Source: a virus (Duplodnaviria; Heunggongvirae; Uroviricota; Caudoviricetes). From it: a stretch of 63,899 nucleotides of DNA. How positions within the stretch are numbered: position 1 is the stretch's first letter; the number at the start of each line of letters is the position of its first letter. The notes below the pieces were generated by a model that had not been told where the DNA came from, did not search any database, and worked only from the letters and a program-made list of their open reading frames with translations. Of this stretch, positions 19,550 to 28,629 are shown one piece after another. The stretch lies in the IMG/VR virus record IMGVR_UViG_643348545_000007. One strand, written 5' to 3'. The position numbers and the translations under genes were made by a program.

Positions 19550-19908
19550 ATGAATATGAGTTTGTGCTTCCCTGGCCGCCGACGGTGAATACCTACTGGC
19601 GAAGACGGGGAAGCCAGTACTACATCAGCGATAAAGGCCAGAAATACCGAAAAGACGTACAGCAAATCATCCGGCAACTCAGATTAGACATTTTCACTAA
19701 ATCACGACTTCGCATCACAATTATTGCTGAACCACCAGATTCCCGCCGTCGCGACCTCGATAACATCCTGAAAGGTTTACTCGACTCTCTTATCCACGCC
19801 GGATTTGCGGAAGACGACGAGCAATTCGATGACATTCGCGTAATTCGCGGCGTGAAAGTGCCTGGCGGTAGAGTGGGGATAAAAATCACCGAACTGGAGA
19901 ACATATGA
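19546..19908 (+). CDS. rusA: RusA Holliday-junction resolvase
   Basis: 120 aa; LPWPP..N.YWRR..RRRDLDN..K...D.L..AGF..DD motif layout matches RusA. Confidence 0.9.
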   Translation: MNEYEFVLPWPPTVNTYWRRRGSQYYISDKGQKYRKDVQQIIRQLRLDIFTKSRLRITIIAEPPDSRRRDLDNILKGLLDSLIHAGFAEDDEQFDDIRVIRGVKVPGGRVGIKITELENI

Positions 19909-20105
19909 ACGCCACAATTCAAACAATACCGGAATTGCTTATCCAGGCACGAGGCAATATGACTGAAGTTTCACGAAAACTGAACTGTAATCGTGCTACG
20001 GTCAGAAAATATGTCGGTGATAAAGAAGGCAAACGGCACGCCGTCGTCAACGGTGTCCTTATGGTTCATCGTGGATGGGATAAGGGGAAAGCTACTGATG
20101 CGTGA
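19905..20105 (+). CDS. ninH: NinH-like protein
   Basis: 66 aa; ..TIPELLIQARGNMTEVSRKLNCNRATVRKYVGDKEGKRHAVVNGVLMVHRGW parallels lambda NinH. Confidence 0.75.
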   Translation: MNATIQTIPELLIQARGNMTEVSRKLNCNRATVRKYVGDKEGKRHAVVNGVLMVHRGWDKGKATDA

Positions 20106-20340
20106 TATTCAGCAGGTGCCTGAACGCATGGCTTTATTCAGGTCGTCTGGAAAAGCGCATGAGCAGCGTAATAGCGGAGTTCATGGCGAAGAGTATATGA
20201 ACAGATTATTCGAATGCTATATGAGACTGAAGCACGGAGATCGCTATGACCTGACATGTGATGCTGACGGCTTCTACTGCCGTGAAGTTGTGAAACGAAT
20301 GTTTGAAGTGTGGTGTCATTGTAAAGGATGGGGGCTGTGA
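20098..20340 (+). CDS. Hypothetical 80-aa Cys-rich protein (N-terminus MRDIQQV)
   Basis: ATG at 20098 with GGGGAAA RBS; C..C..CHC cluster; N-terminal heptapeptide resembles the start of 82-type Q proteins as recalled. Confidence 0.45.
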   Translation: MRDIQQVPERMALFRSSGKAHEQRNSGVHGEEYMNRLFECYMRLKHGDRYDLTCDADGFYCREVVKRMFEVWCHCKGWGL

Positions 20341-20954
20341 TGCGGCTAACCCCAGTATTCGGCATGGTTAACTTTATTAATGATGCTCATTTCCGCCGCA
20401 TATGGAGGCATCCGAAGAAAATCATTAACTCTCGTCAGAAAGCATGGGTTCACTACATGCTACAGGTATGGGGAAATGTTAACGCTGGTGATGATTCTCC
20501 TTGTGGTGCAATTAACGTTATTGGGCGACTGATGATTCGCAGTCAGTGGAGCGATGACAAAGCTAAGCAGATTGAGTCTGTTGTCATGCGTCTGTATGAA
20601 GAAGACGGACTACGTGGAGATGAACTCCATCAGAAAGCCCGAGAACTGGTCATCCCTCAGTCATCGGCAGGTAATATCATTGCTCTCGCCAAAGAATCCG
20701 ATGATGCTGCTTTCGTTGAACGTGTGATGGTTGAGACCTTTCATCGTGAAAGCCCTGTCCGTGATGTAGCTATTAGGCGATATTGCAATCGCGACAGCAC
20801 GCAAGATATCGCCAGGATGATTTCTCAGATAACAGGAGTTGATATTCAGTATTGCCGGAGGCGGGTCGTGTGGTGCGAGAGGGTCCTTGATTCAGAAATG
20901 TTTTATGCAATGAAGCGAGAATTGGAGAAAGAACTTCTAGTGATTGCTGGATGA
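20340..20954 (+). CDS. Putative late antiterminator Q (positional assignment only)
   Basis: 204-aa ORF immediately upstream of the late-region terminators; ATG at 20340 overlaps the stop of the preceding ORF (TGATG); sequence family not recognised. Confidence 0.35.
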   Translation: MRLTPVFGMVNFINDAHFRRIWRHPKKIINSRQKAWVHYMLQVWGNVNAGDDSPCGAINVIGRLMIRSQWSDDKAKQIESVVMRLYEEDGLRGDELHQKARELVIPQSSAGNIIALAKESDDAAFVERVMVETFHRESPVRDVAIRRYCNRDSTQDIARMISQITGVDIQYCRRRVVWCERVLDSEMFYAMKRELEKELLVIAG

Positions 20955-21660
20955 TGCAAAATATTTTTTGTAAATGCGTTGCTTTCGAGAAATGAAAGTA
21001 GTATGTTTTGTGTATGCTCGGAGCAAAAGCGCACTGAGAAGCGAAAGAGAAATCCTGATTTACCTCGGTCGTCGATAATATTTAGGATCGGCATACTGGC
21101 TAGATTAGGTAAAGGCCTCGGCAGAAATGTCGGGGCTTTTTGTTTGCACAACAGGTAAGAGCATTGAACCCGCAGACCTCGTGGAATTGGTGAAAGGTGT
21201 GCGCAGTGCTCTTATCGTTGTGGTGAAGCTCAATGGCGAGCTAGCAGACAGGCGACTGTGAAAATACTAGTCATGTAGCGGATCGCCGCGCGTATTGTAA
21301 TCGGCAGCGCACCGATGGGAGCTGGTTCGATTCCGGCCGCCACAATCCAAACTGAGCCGTAGCCTCTGGGTGTCCTGAATTCATCAGTGATAGTTACGCT
21401 GCGGCCTTCTACATACGATTTTTGTGAAAAGCGGGTGGCAAGAGGCTGCGAAATTTTTAAATACCTCACAATTCCACAGCTTGATGATTGTCTGGCTGCC
21501 GGAGAATTTGTTAAAAATTACATCGCGTGGTGAATCCCCCTCAGCGGCGGGGCATCTGGCAAAGTGTATGATCCAGCGAACATGCAAATTCAGTAGCCAG
21601 GCTGAATTTACCGGGAGGCACCTGGCACCATGCGACAGACAGAAATTAGGCTATACTTCA

Positions 21661-21684
21661 GCCCCTCTCCGGAGGGGCTTTTCT
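21661..21684 (+). terminator. tR'-like rho-independent terminator, copy 1
   Basis: GCCCCTCTCCGGAGGGGC followed by TTTTCT. Confidence 0.7.
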
Positions 21685-22142
21685 GTGCAGGATGTGTCAC
21701 AGTTTCCTGAATTCTGAGTACTGTCCTGTTACTCAGGGTGCTATATTTTCTGACGTGATGAAAGTCTGCCGGAAGGCGGAACGTATCGGAAATGACCCAG
21801 TAGAGAAAACGTTGACTCAGATACCGATGCTGAGTTACCGGGAAACCGGCATCACATGACCGCTATCCTTCCAGGCTCGCTCCGGCGGGCCTTTTTACTG
21901 CAGAAAACAGTTTTCCCGTAAAATGCCACGTTACTCACAATTCAGGCTGGCGATTATTGTCTGGCCAGCGGGAAGTTTGTTAAAAAAATATGGCATGGTG
22001 AATCCCCTGTGCGGAGGGGCATATCAGCGACAGGTGTTTGGTCACACCCCTTATCCTTTCTGGTGCGGGTTCAGGTGCTGATACTGAACTCACCGGGAGG
22101 CACCCGGCACCATGCATGAACGGTACATAGCGCTACTCTCCA

Positions 22143-22168
22143 GCCCCTCTCCGGAGGGGCTTTCTTGT
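22143..22168 (+). terminator. tR'-like rho-independent terminator, copy 2
   Basis: Identical hairpin GCCCCTCTCCGGAGGGGC followed by TTTCTTGTT; a minus-strand hairpin with an A8 run follows at 22173-22202. Confidence 0.7.
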
Positions 22169-22403
22169 TGGATAAAAAAAAGCCCGCGCCGGGAAGCGCG
22201 GGTGGCAAGGAATAAACAACAAAACGTGAAGTGATCAATTTTCAGCTGGCGAATAATACCCGACAGTAATCACTCTGCGCAACTGTATGGTCTTTTTCGT
22301 ATTGCGGGCTGTAGTCATCCTCCTGTTTCTGAACCCTTGTCCATGACTGACGTCAGCCCGCATCTTATCTTGATTGCATACACTATCCCTGCCGGGAGGA
22401 ATA

Positions 22404-24377
22404 ATGGCATTTAAACACTATGACGTGGTCAGGGCATCATCGCCGTCAGACCTCGCAGGAAAACTGACGCAAAAACTGAAGGAAGGCTGGCAACCCTATG
22501 GTAGTCCGATTATCTCAAACGCGGGTTATGGTGCTGAATTTATCCAGGCTATAGTCGCTGAAGGGGATATGACCTCTCCGGTAGTTTCACCGGGGGGAGA
22601 TGGTACCCGGACTGTTGTTGTTGAACCAGAATATTACTTTGTCATTGCGCTGGCCGGACAGTCAAACGGCATGGCGTATGGTGAAGGCCTGCCGCTGCCG
22701 GAGACATATGACCGTCCGGACCCGCGTATTAAACAGCTGGCGCGTCGCAGTACGGTGACACCGGGTGGTGCGGCCTGTGCATATAACGACATCATTCCGG
22801 CGGACCACTGCCTGCATGATGTGCAGGATTTGAGCCGTTTTTCTCATCCGAAAGCCAGCGCAGAGCAGTATGGGTGTGTCGGACAGGGATTGCATATTGC
22901 CAAAAAGCTGTTGCCCTTTATGCCGGAAAATGCGGGTATTTTGTTAGTGCCGTGCTGTCGTGGTGGCTCTGCGTTTACAGCCGGTGCTGACGGAACGTTC
23001 AGTGAAAGTTCAGGAGCGTCGGATAAATCTGAACGATGGGGCGTTGATAAGCCGTTGTATAAAGACCTGCTGACACGCACTCAGGCCGCGCTGAAGGCAA
23101 ACCCCAAAAACATACTGCTTTGTGTTGTCTGGATGCAGGGCGAGTTTGATTTAAAACAGGGAGCGTACGCCAGTCAGCCCGCCATGTTTGATGCCATGGT
23201 GGAAAAATACCGTTCTGACCTGGCGGGAGTATCCGGTCAGTGCGCTGGTGCTTCTCCTTCTCTGGTGCCCTGGATTTGTGGTGACACGACGTACTACTGG
23301 AAGGAGACGTATTCAGCGCAATACGATGCCGTCTATGGCGCATACAAAACCAAAGCCGGTAAAAATATCTTCTTTGTGCCGTTTATGATGGATGACAATG
23401 GTCAGAAAGTCGGGACCAATGAACCGTCAGAAGACCCGGATATTCCGGCTATCGGGTATTATGGTTCCGGTGGACGAACGGATGCGAAGAGCTGGACAAC
23501 ATCCGATCGTAAAACCCACTTTGGTTCATGGGCGCGTCGCGGAATTATTTCCGACCGTCTGGCAACAGCCATTCTTCTGCATGTGGGCAGAGTGGCAGAT
23601 TTTGTTTCCGGGAAAGTGACAAAAGCCGCGGTTTCTTCAGGCGGAGGCGTATCGCAACCAGCACAGGAGAGTGGCGATACTCAGCCTGAAGCCGTTGTCC
23701 CGACAAAGATACAGTCAGTGCTGGCTTATGATGTGAATGCGGAAAATGCCGCTCTGGCTTCGCAGGGCTGGACGCTGACAGATGTCAAAAACACGCTGGT
23801 CAGTGACAGTGGTTCAGGTAAAAAAGCCCTTCGTCTTGAAAAACCAGAAAATGGTCTTGCACAGAAAAAGACCTGGAAAGTATCGCACGCAATTGATGCC
23901 GGTAAGGGGAAGGAGCTGTTCGATAACGGCGGTGAAATCACGCTGCGCTTTAAAATCCCCGATGATGTATCTCTCAATGCTTCTGCAAATCAATATTCTG
24001 CGGGTATTTACTGGCGCGGTAGTGGATGGCCGGGAGCGGAATCAGAGGAGGGTTATATTGCGGCCTTCTATCTGCAGACTGATAAAACAAACATCAATGT
24101 GATGTATCATGCAAACACCACATCACAGCGGCTTGGTAGTTATGGTCCGTTCGATCACGACTGGCACACGCTGACTTTCCGCTTCCCGGGTGGTGGCTCG
24201 CTGAACGTCACGCCGGTGCTTGATAATGCAGCAGGAAAACCGTTTACGCTGACCAGATGGACGAATGCAGCCTTTGAGGCCAACGCGCTGGCAATTACGG
24301 ATATTACCGGAAATGCGGCAACTTACCCTGTGCTGATTGAAAGTCTTACTGTTGGTGTGAATGCCGTAGCAGCATAA
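22404..24377 (+). CDS. nanS: NanS-p-like sialate O-acetylesterase (SASA/SGNH hydrolase)
   Basis: 657 aa; SGNH-type motif ALAGQSNGMAYGEG; large ORF between the late terminators and the lysis genes, as for nanS-p in Stx phages; ATG at 22404 with GGAGGA RBS (ORF-track start is TTG 22374). Confidence 0.75.
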   Translation: MAFKHYDVVRASSPSDLAGKLTQKLKEGWQPYGSPIISNAGYGAEFIQAIVAEGDMTSPVVSPGGDGTRTVVVEPEYYFVIALAGQSNGMAYGEGLPLPETYDRPDPRIKQLARRSTVTPGGAACAYNDIIPADHCLHDVQDLSRFSHPKASAEQYGCVGQGLHIAKKLLPFMPENAGILLVPCCRGGSAFTAGADGTFSESSGASDKSERWGVDKPLYKDLLTRTQAALKANPKNILLCVVWMQGEFDLKQGAYASQPAMFDAMVEKYRSDLAGVSGQCAGASPSLVPWICGDTTYYWKETYSAQYDAVYGAYKTKAGKNIFFVPFMMDDNGQKVGTNEPSEDPDIPAIGYYGSGGRTDAKSWTTSDRKTHFGSWARRGIISDRLATAILLHVGRVADFVSGKVTKAAVSSGGGVSQPAQESGDTQPEAVVPTKIQSVLAYDVNAENAALASQGWTLTDVKNTLVSDSGSGKKALRLEKPENGLAQKKTWKVSHAIDAGKGKELFDNGGEITLRFKIPDDVSLNASANQYSAGIYWRGSGWPGAESEEGYIAAFYLQTDKTNINVMYHANTTSQRLGSYGPFDHDWHTLTFRFPGGGSLNVTPVLDNAAGKPFTLTRWTNAAFEANALAITDITGNAATYPVLIESLTVGVNAVAA

Positions 24378-24518
24378 CAGACGAAAAAAAACCGCCAGCA
24401 ACAGGAATGGAGACTGGCGGAGGTAATCCCAATGGAGAATCTAACGAAAGGATGCTTTCGACATCAATCATTTCTAAATGAAAACAGTTCTCATTGTCAA
24501 CAGTAACGGTAATAAACC

Positions 24519-24713
24519 ATGACATTCATCAACCAGTTAATGCTGTACTTCTGTACGGTGGTCTGTGTGTTGTATCTTCTTTCAGGTGGATACAGGGCAG
24601 TACGCGACTTCTGGCGCAGACAGATTGACAAAAGGGCCGCTGAGAAAATCAGCGCCACTCAGTCAGCCGGAGCAAAAACAGAAGCCCCACTCATTCCGGA
24701 ACAACCTTCTTAA
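24519..24713 (+). CDS. Small putative membrane protein
   Basis: 64 aa with one hydrophobic segment (LMLYFCTVVCVLYLL); weak RBS. Confidence 0.3.
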   Translation: MTFINQLMLYFCTVVCVLYLLSGGYRAVRDFWRRQIDKRAAEKISATQSAGAKTEAPLIPEQPS

Positions 24714-24738
24714 TAACCCCTTTCAACGAGAAAATCTC

Positions 24739-25029
24739 ATGACAGATATAAAACAACTGGTCACTGCTGAGGCAGTGAAGGAAGTCATTCGCTCTGAAGA
24801 AGTCAGAAGCGTCCTGAAACAAAAACTCCGCCAGAATCTGGAAGAGCGTCTTGATGCAGAAGTGGATTCAATTCTGGATGAATTGCTTGGTGCACAGCCG
24901 GAACCATCCCCGGAACTGCTTCCGGAACCACAGGCGGAAGATGTCACCACGGAAAATGGTGATATTCAGCCGGAGTCACCGGTGACGGATATGACAGACA
25001 CACAACCCGAACCGGGCACAATGCTGTAA
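24739..25029 (+). CDS. Hypothetical acidic protein
   Basis: 97-aa ORF, ATG at 24739; overlaps an alternative frame. Confidence 0.4.
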   Translation: MTDIKQLVTAEAVKEVIRSEEVRSVLKQKLRQNLEERLDAEVDSILDELLGAQPEPSPELLPEPQAEDVTTENGDIQPESPVTDMTDTQPEPGTML

Positions 25030-25105
25030 CGGCGGGGCAGGGCCATCAGTAAAGAGCTGGTGGCTTTTTTCATTTTGGTGTCTTCCGTCTGTCGGAGGTG
25101 AGGAC

Positions 25106-25321
25106 GTGTATCAGATGGAAAAAATAGCAACGGGTGCATCGTACAGCACCTCGGCAGCGGGGGCGGGGTACTGGTTGCTTCAGATACTGGATAATGTGAC
25201 GCCTTCCCACTGGACTGCGATTGGTGTGCTGGGGAGTTTATTTTTAGGGCTTCTGACGTACCTGACGAACCTGTATTTCAAGATTAAAGAAGACCGGCGC
25301 AAAGCTGCGCGGGGAGAGTAA
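25106..25321 (+). CDS. S: Class II holin (S21/933W-S type)
   Basis: [62 protein letters not shown] at 25106 and ATG at 25115 give a possible dual-start motif. Confidence 0.9.
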   Translation: MYQMEKIATGASYSTSAAGAGYWLLQILDNVTPSHWTAIGVLGSLFLGLLTYLTNLYFKIKEDRRKAARGE

Positions 25322-25325
25322 GCTG

Positions 25326-25859
25326 ATGAGCAGGAAACTCCACTATGGTTTATCGGTAGCCGTTCTGGCGCTGATTGCGGCAGGTGCTTCTGCGCCTGAA
25401 ATCCTCGACCAGTTTCTTGACGAAAAAGAAGGTAACCACACCACGGCATACCGTGATGGTGCGGGGATCTGGACCATCTGCCGTGGTGCCATCATGGTGG
25501 ATGGCAAACCTGTCGTCCCGGGCATGAAGTTGTCGAAGGAAAAATGCGCTCAGGTTAATGCCATTGAACGTGATAAGGCGCTGGCATGGGTGGAGAAAAA
25601 CATCAAATTGCCACTGACTGAACCGCAGAAAGCGGGCATCGCGTCATTCTGTCCGTACAACATCGGGCCTTCGAAATGCTTCACCTCAACGTTTTACCGG
25701 AAACTGAACGCCGGAGACCGGAAAGGTGCATGTGCTGAAATCCGCCGATGGATATATGACGGCGGCAGGGACTGTCGGAATCGCTCAAATAACTGTTACG
25801 GGCAGGTATCGCGGCGTGACCAGGAGAGCGCGCTGGCGTGCTGGGGAATTGACAGATAA
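25326..25859 (+). CDS. R: SAR endolysin (T4-lysozyme family)
   Basis: N-terminal signal-anchor-release helix (LSVAVLALIAAGASA) followed by the catalytic region EGNHTTAYRDGAGIWTICRG. Confidence 0.9.
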   Translation: MSRKLHYGLSVAVLALIAAGASAPEILDQFLDEKEGNHTTAYRDGAGIWTICRGAIMVDGKPVVPGMKLSKEKCAQVNAIERDKALAWVEKNIKLPLTEPQKAGIASFCPYNIGPSKCFTSTFYRKLNAGDRKGACAEIRRWIYDGGRDCRNRSNNCYGQVSRRDQESALACWGIDR

Positions 25860-25953
25860 GCAGAATATTTTGCTGAAAAATGCGGTTTGCTCACACGGAC
25901 GGATAACACGAAATCCTGCGAACTGACAAAAACTAAGTGAATAAAAGTAAAAA

Positions 25954-25988
25954 CCCCGTTTGTTGGCTGCAAGCGGGGTTTTGTGTTT
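25954..25988 (+). terminator. Rho-independent terminator between R and Rz
   Basis: CCCCGTTTG-ttggctg-CAAGCGGGG followed by TTTTGTGTTT. Confidence 0.6.
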
Positions 25989-26015
25989 CTGACCTTGGAT
26001 AAGGCAAGGGAGAAC

Positions 26016-26198
26016 ATGGAAAAGTATAAACGAATTCTGTTGAGGTTGACTATGAAAAACGGCCTTGAACTGAAAGCGCCTGTAACTGATGACATCAGCA
26101 GAGCACTGGCTTTTGCCATTAAGTGGGTGGCGGTCGGTGTTGCTGTGTCCCCGATGCTGTATGGGCTGGCAAAACTGGTCATTGCGTTGAAATCGTGA
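26016..26198 (+). CDS. Hypothetical small protein inside the lysis cassette
   Basis: 60 aa, ATG with AGGGAGA RBS; hydrophobic C-terminus. Confidence 0.4.
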   Translation: MEKYKRILLRLTMKNGLELKAPVTDDISRALAFAIKWVAVGVAVSPMLYGLAKLVIALKS

Positions 26199-26212
26199 AG
26201 GGAGGATTAAGC

Positions 26213-26344
26213 ATGTCAGACAAACTCATAACGCTGGCGAAGATCCTCTGTGTAATTGTCGGCATTTCATTTTCACTCATGCTGGTTGCCATTTTCTTTT
26301 CCACCGCCTGGCGAGTCCTGACGTTATCGGGACTGGTGGGGTGA
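26213..26344 (+). CDS. 43-aa hydrophobic peptide
   Basis: ATG with strong GAAGGGAGGA RBS; single predicted TM helix ([19 protein letters not shown]). Confidence 0.45.
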   Translation: MSDKLITLAKILCVIVGISFSLMLVAIFFSTAWRVLTLSGLVG

Positions 26345-26351
26345 AAGAGAG

Positions 26352-26819
26352 ATGAGCCGTGTTCTGTGTGTGGTGATTATTGTCCTGGCGGGTGGCTGTG
26401 GTGCGCTGTGGCTGGCAACAGACCATTACCGCGATAACGCCATCACCTACAAAGCGCAGCGCGATAAAAAAGCCAGAGAGCTGGAGCTGGCAAACGCCAC
26501 CATTACTGATATGCAGGTGCGCCAGCGCGATGTTGCTGCGCTCGATGCAAAATACTCGAGGGAATTAGCCGATGCGAGAGCTGAAAATGAAACTCTGCGT
26601 GCTGATGTTGCTGCTGGTCGTAAGCGCCTGCGGATCAACGCCACCTGCTCCGGTACCGTGCGTGAAGCCACCGGCACCTCCGGCATGGATAATGCAACCG
26701 GCCCCCGACTGGCAGACACCGCTGAACGGGATTATTTCATCCTCAGAGAACGGTTGATGACAATGCAGAAGCAGCTGGAAGGGGCACAGGAATATATCCG
26801 CACTCAGTGCCTGAATTAA
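26352..26819 (+). CDS. Rz: Rz i-spanin
   Basis: 155 aa, N-terminal TM and coiled-coil; Rz1 embedded in the +1 frame. Confidence 0.85.
   Translation: MSRVLCVVIIVLAGGCGALWLATDHYRDNAITYKAQRDKKARELELANATITDMQVRQRDVAALDAKYSRELADARAENETLRADVAAGRKRLRINATCSGTVREATGTSGMDNATGPRLADTAERDYFILRERLMTMQKQLEGAQEYIRTQCLN
26587..26757 (+). CDS. Rz1: Rz1 o-spanin lipoprotein (embedded in Rz)
   Basis: [15 protein letters not shown] lipobox followed by proline-rich mature region, entirely within Rz. Confidence 0.8.
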   Translation: MKLCVLMLLLVVSACGSTPPAPVPCVKPPAPPAWIMQPAPDWQTPLNGIISSSENG

Positions 26820-26823
26820 CAGA

Positions 26824-26846
26824 GCCAGCTTAATCGCTGGCTTTTT
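26824..26846 (+). terminator. Rho-independent terminator after Rz
   Basis: GCCAGC-ttaatc-GCTGGC followed by TTTTT. Confidence 0.65.
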
Positions 26847-26995
26847 CATATCTGAATTTCATCGCGCATCTCACGCGCATATCACATCCCCGAGCCTTTC
26901 AGAAAGTTGAGCCTGAGAACTGCCGTATATGGTGGCGACCATCTCGGGGCGGCTTTTCTGTGAGACAGGCTCAATTTTCTGAAAGGTAAGACGCT

Positions 26996-27547
26996 ATGAA
27001 CTATCCGACGATTGTTAACGGTATTGATTTCCGCGATCTTGTTTTTGTGACAGGCAACGAGCCGGTGACGGATACCCGAAAGGTTGCCGTAGCATTTGGC
27101 AAAGAACACAAAGATGTATTGCGGAAAACAAGAGCCGTTGTTCAACAATGCTCAAAAGAATTTGCAGAGCGCAATTTTGCGCTTTGCTATGAAAACAATG
27201 AGTTACAGAACGGTAAACCCCAGCCCATATATCGAATGACAAAAGACGGTTGGACGATGTTGGTATTTGGTTTTACGGGGAAAGCTGCTATGACCTTTAA
27301 GGAAGCGTACATTCAGGCTTTCAACTGGATGGCTGAGCTTATTCAGCAAGGTCTGGCGAATCTGGAGGCGGAGCGCAACGCTGTAATGCTGGAGTACATG
27401 AAAGAGAAAGATGTCGCCAGTATGTCAGGTCGTTTGCTCAATCGCTGGGGCAGGGTGAAGAAGCCTCAGTTGCTGGCAAGGCTGGACAGGCTGGAGCAGC
27501 AGGGGCAGATTGCGTTACCCGGATTTGATAAAGGCATTTCAGCCTGA
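26996..27547 (+). CDS. rha: Rha-family phage regulatory protein
   Basis: ..KVAVAFGKEHKDVLRK..YRMTKDGWTMLVFGFTGKAAMTFKEAYIQAFNWM.. fits the Rha family. Confidence 0.75.
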   Translation: MNYPTIVNGIDFRDLVFVTGNEPVTDTRKVAVAFGKEHKDVLRKTRAVVQQCSKEFAERNFALCYENNELQNGKPQPIYRMTKDGWTMLVFGFTGKAAMTFKEAYIQAFNWMAELIQQGLANLEAERNAVMLEYMKEKDVASMSGRLLNRWGRVKKPQLLARLDRLEQQGQIALPGFDKGISA

Positions 27548-27846
27548 CATAGCCATGCGCCGTATCGTCGCAGTATTCCCGCATTAACAGAGACCTCAGC
27601 CAGACACTGGACCTCCTGCGCGAGTGTGTGGGGATAATCAAAAACGATGCACACCGGGCTTTCCACGTTTTCAGGTAACGTGAGCGTTTTCCCGCATGGC
27701 CGCCTGTCCGGTGCGGTGGTGGAAGAAACCGGATAAAACAACCATATTGTGTAAATATCAATCAAACAAGACGCTGCTGTGTGAATTCTGAAAAATCACA
27801 GCGGTCATTATGCGTCAGTTTTTAACAGAGGACGTCAGAAAGTGAC

Positions 27847-28629
27847 ATGGCAAAGCTGGACTGGAAAAAACTGGAGCAGGCATTCCGACGCGAACATGCC
27901 GAAACGGGAATAACATTACTGGAGTGGTGCCGTAAGAAAAAGATTAATTACAACACCGCCAGAACCCGTATAAAAATGGGCAAAATCGATCATGAAATCG
28001 ATCATGACATCTCAGATGAAGAACCCAGCAATGACGCGGGTTCCGACGATGAAAAATGCGCAAAAAATTCTGAAAAAAACTGCGCAAATTCGGCAGAAAC
28101 GAAACGCAACAGCAGATCGGGTAATCCTCACCCCGTTGCCCGGTTTAGCGACCGTAACACCCACGCCGTGAGACACCGTGGATATGCGAAGTATCTTGAG
28201 GCAGATAACCTCATGGATGATGCGTCCGATATGGTGCTGTTCGATGAACTGGTGTTCACCCGTGCCCGCGCACTTTCAGTAACAGGAACACTGAAAAAAA
28301 TGTTCGCCGACCTGAAAGAGGCGGCTGACGTGGAAACCCGTGTTGCCCTGTACGACAAAATACTCAAAGCAGAACAGGCCCTTGACCGGAATATTGCCCG
28401 TATCGAGTCAATTGAACGCTCATTGCTGACGCTGGACGTTCTGGCGGAAACAGCACCAAAACTTCGTGCTGACCGGGAAAGAATCAACGCTGCCAGAGAT
28501 AAACTCAGAGCGGAAACCGATATTCTGACCAGCCGGCGTCGGGGCGTTGTTACGCCTGTCAGTGACATCGTGTCATCGCTGCATGAAATGAGTAATTCGG
28601 GGAGACTGGATGACATTCCGGAAGAATGA
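27847..28629 (+). CDS. Terminase small subunit (putative)
   Basis: 260 aa immediately upstream of and overlapping the large terminase ORF. Confidence 0.55.
   Translation: MAKLDWKKLEQAFRREHAETGITLLEWCRKKKINYNTARTRIKMGKIDHEIDHDISDEEPSNDAGSDDEKCAKNSEKNCANSAETKRNSRSGNPHPVARFSDRNTHAVRHRGYAKYLEADNLMDDASDMVLFDELVFTRARALSVTGTLKKMFADLKEAADVETRVALYDKILKAEQALDRNIARIESIERSLLTLDVLAETAPKLRADRERINAARDKLRAETDILTSRRRGVVTPVSDIVSSLHEMSNSGRLDDIPEE

Noticed and set aside
21220..21345. Possible tRNA gene (T-loop-like GGTTCGATTCC with a flanking 5-bp stem; Stx phages often carry ileZ-argN-argO here)
   Set aside because: The only acceptor-stem pairing I could find spans ~126 nt, too long for a canonical tRNA, and I could not fold D and anticodon arms by eye; it may be a degenerate remnant. 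A tRNA-finding program run over 21000-21400 would settle it.
22173..22202. Minus-strand terminator-like hairpin (A8 + CCCGCGC-cgggaa-GCGCGGG) as evidence of a leftward gene upstream of nanS-p
   Set aside because: No minus-strand ORF or promoter lies to its right; more likely the second half of a bidirectional terminator pair with the plus-strand terminator at 22143-22168.
20955..22403. Shiga toxin genes (stx A and B subunits) expected between Q and nanS-p in this phage type
   Set aside because: No ORF in any frame in this interval resembles StxA or StxB; the interval holds only duplicated promoter/terminator-like modules and short incidental ORFs.
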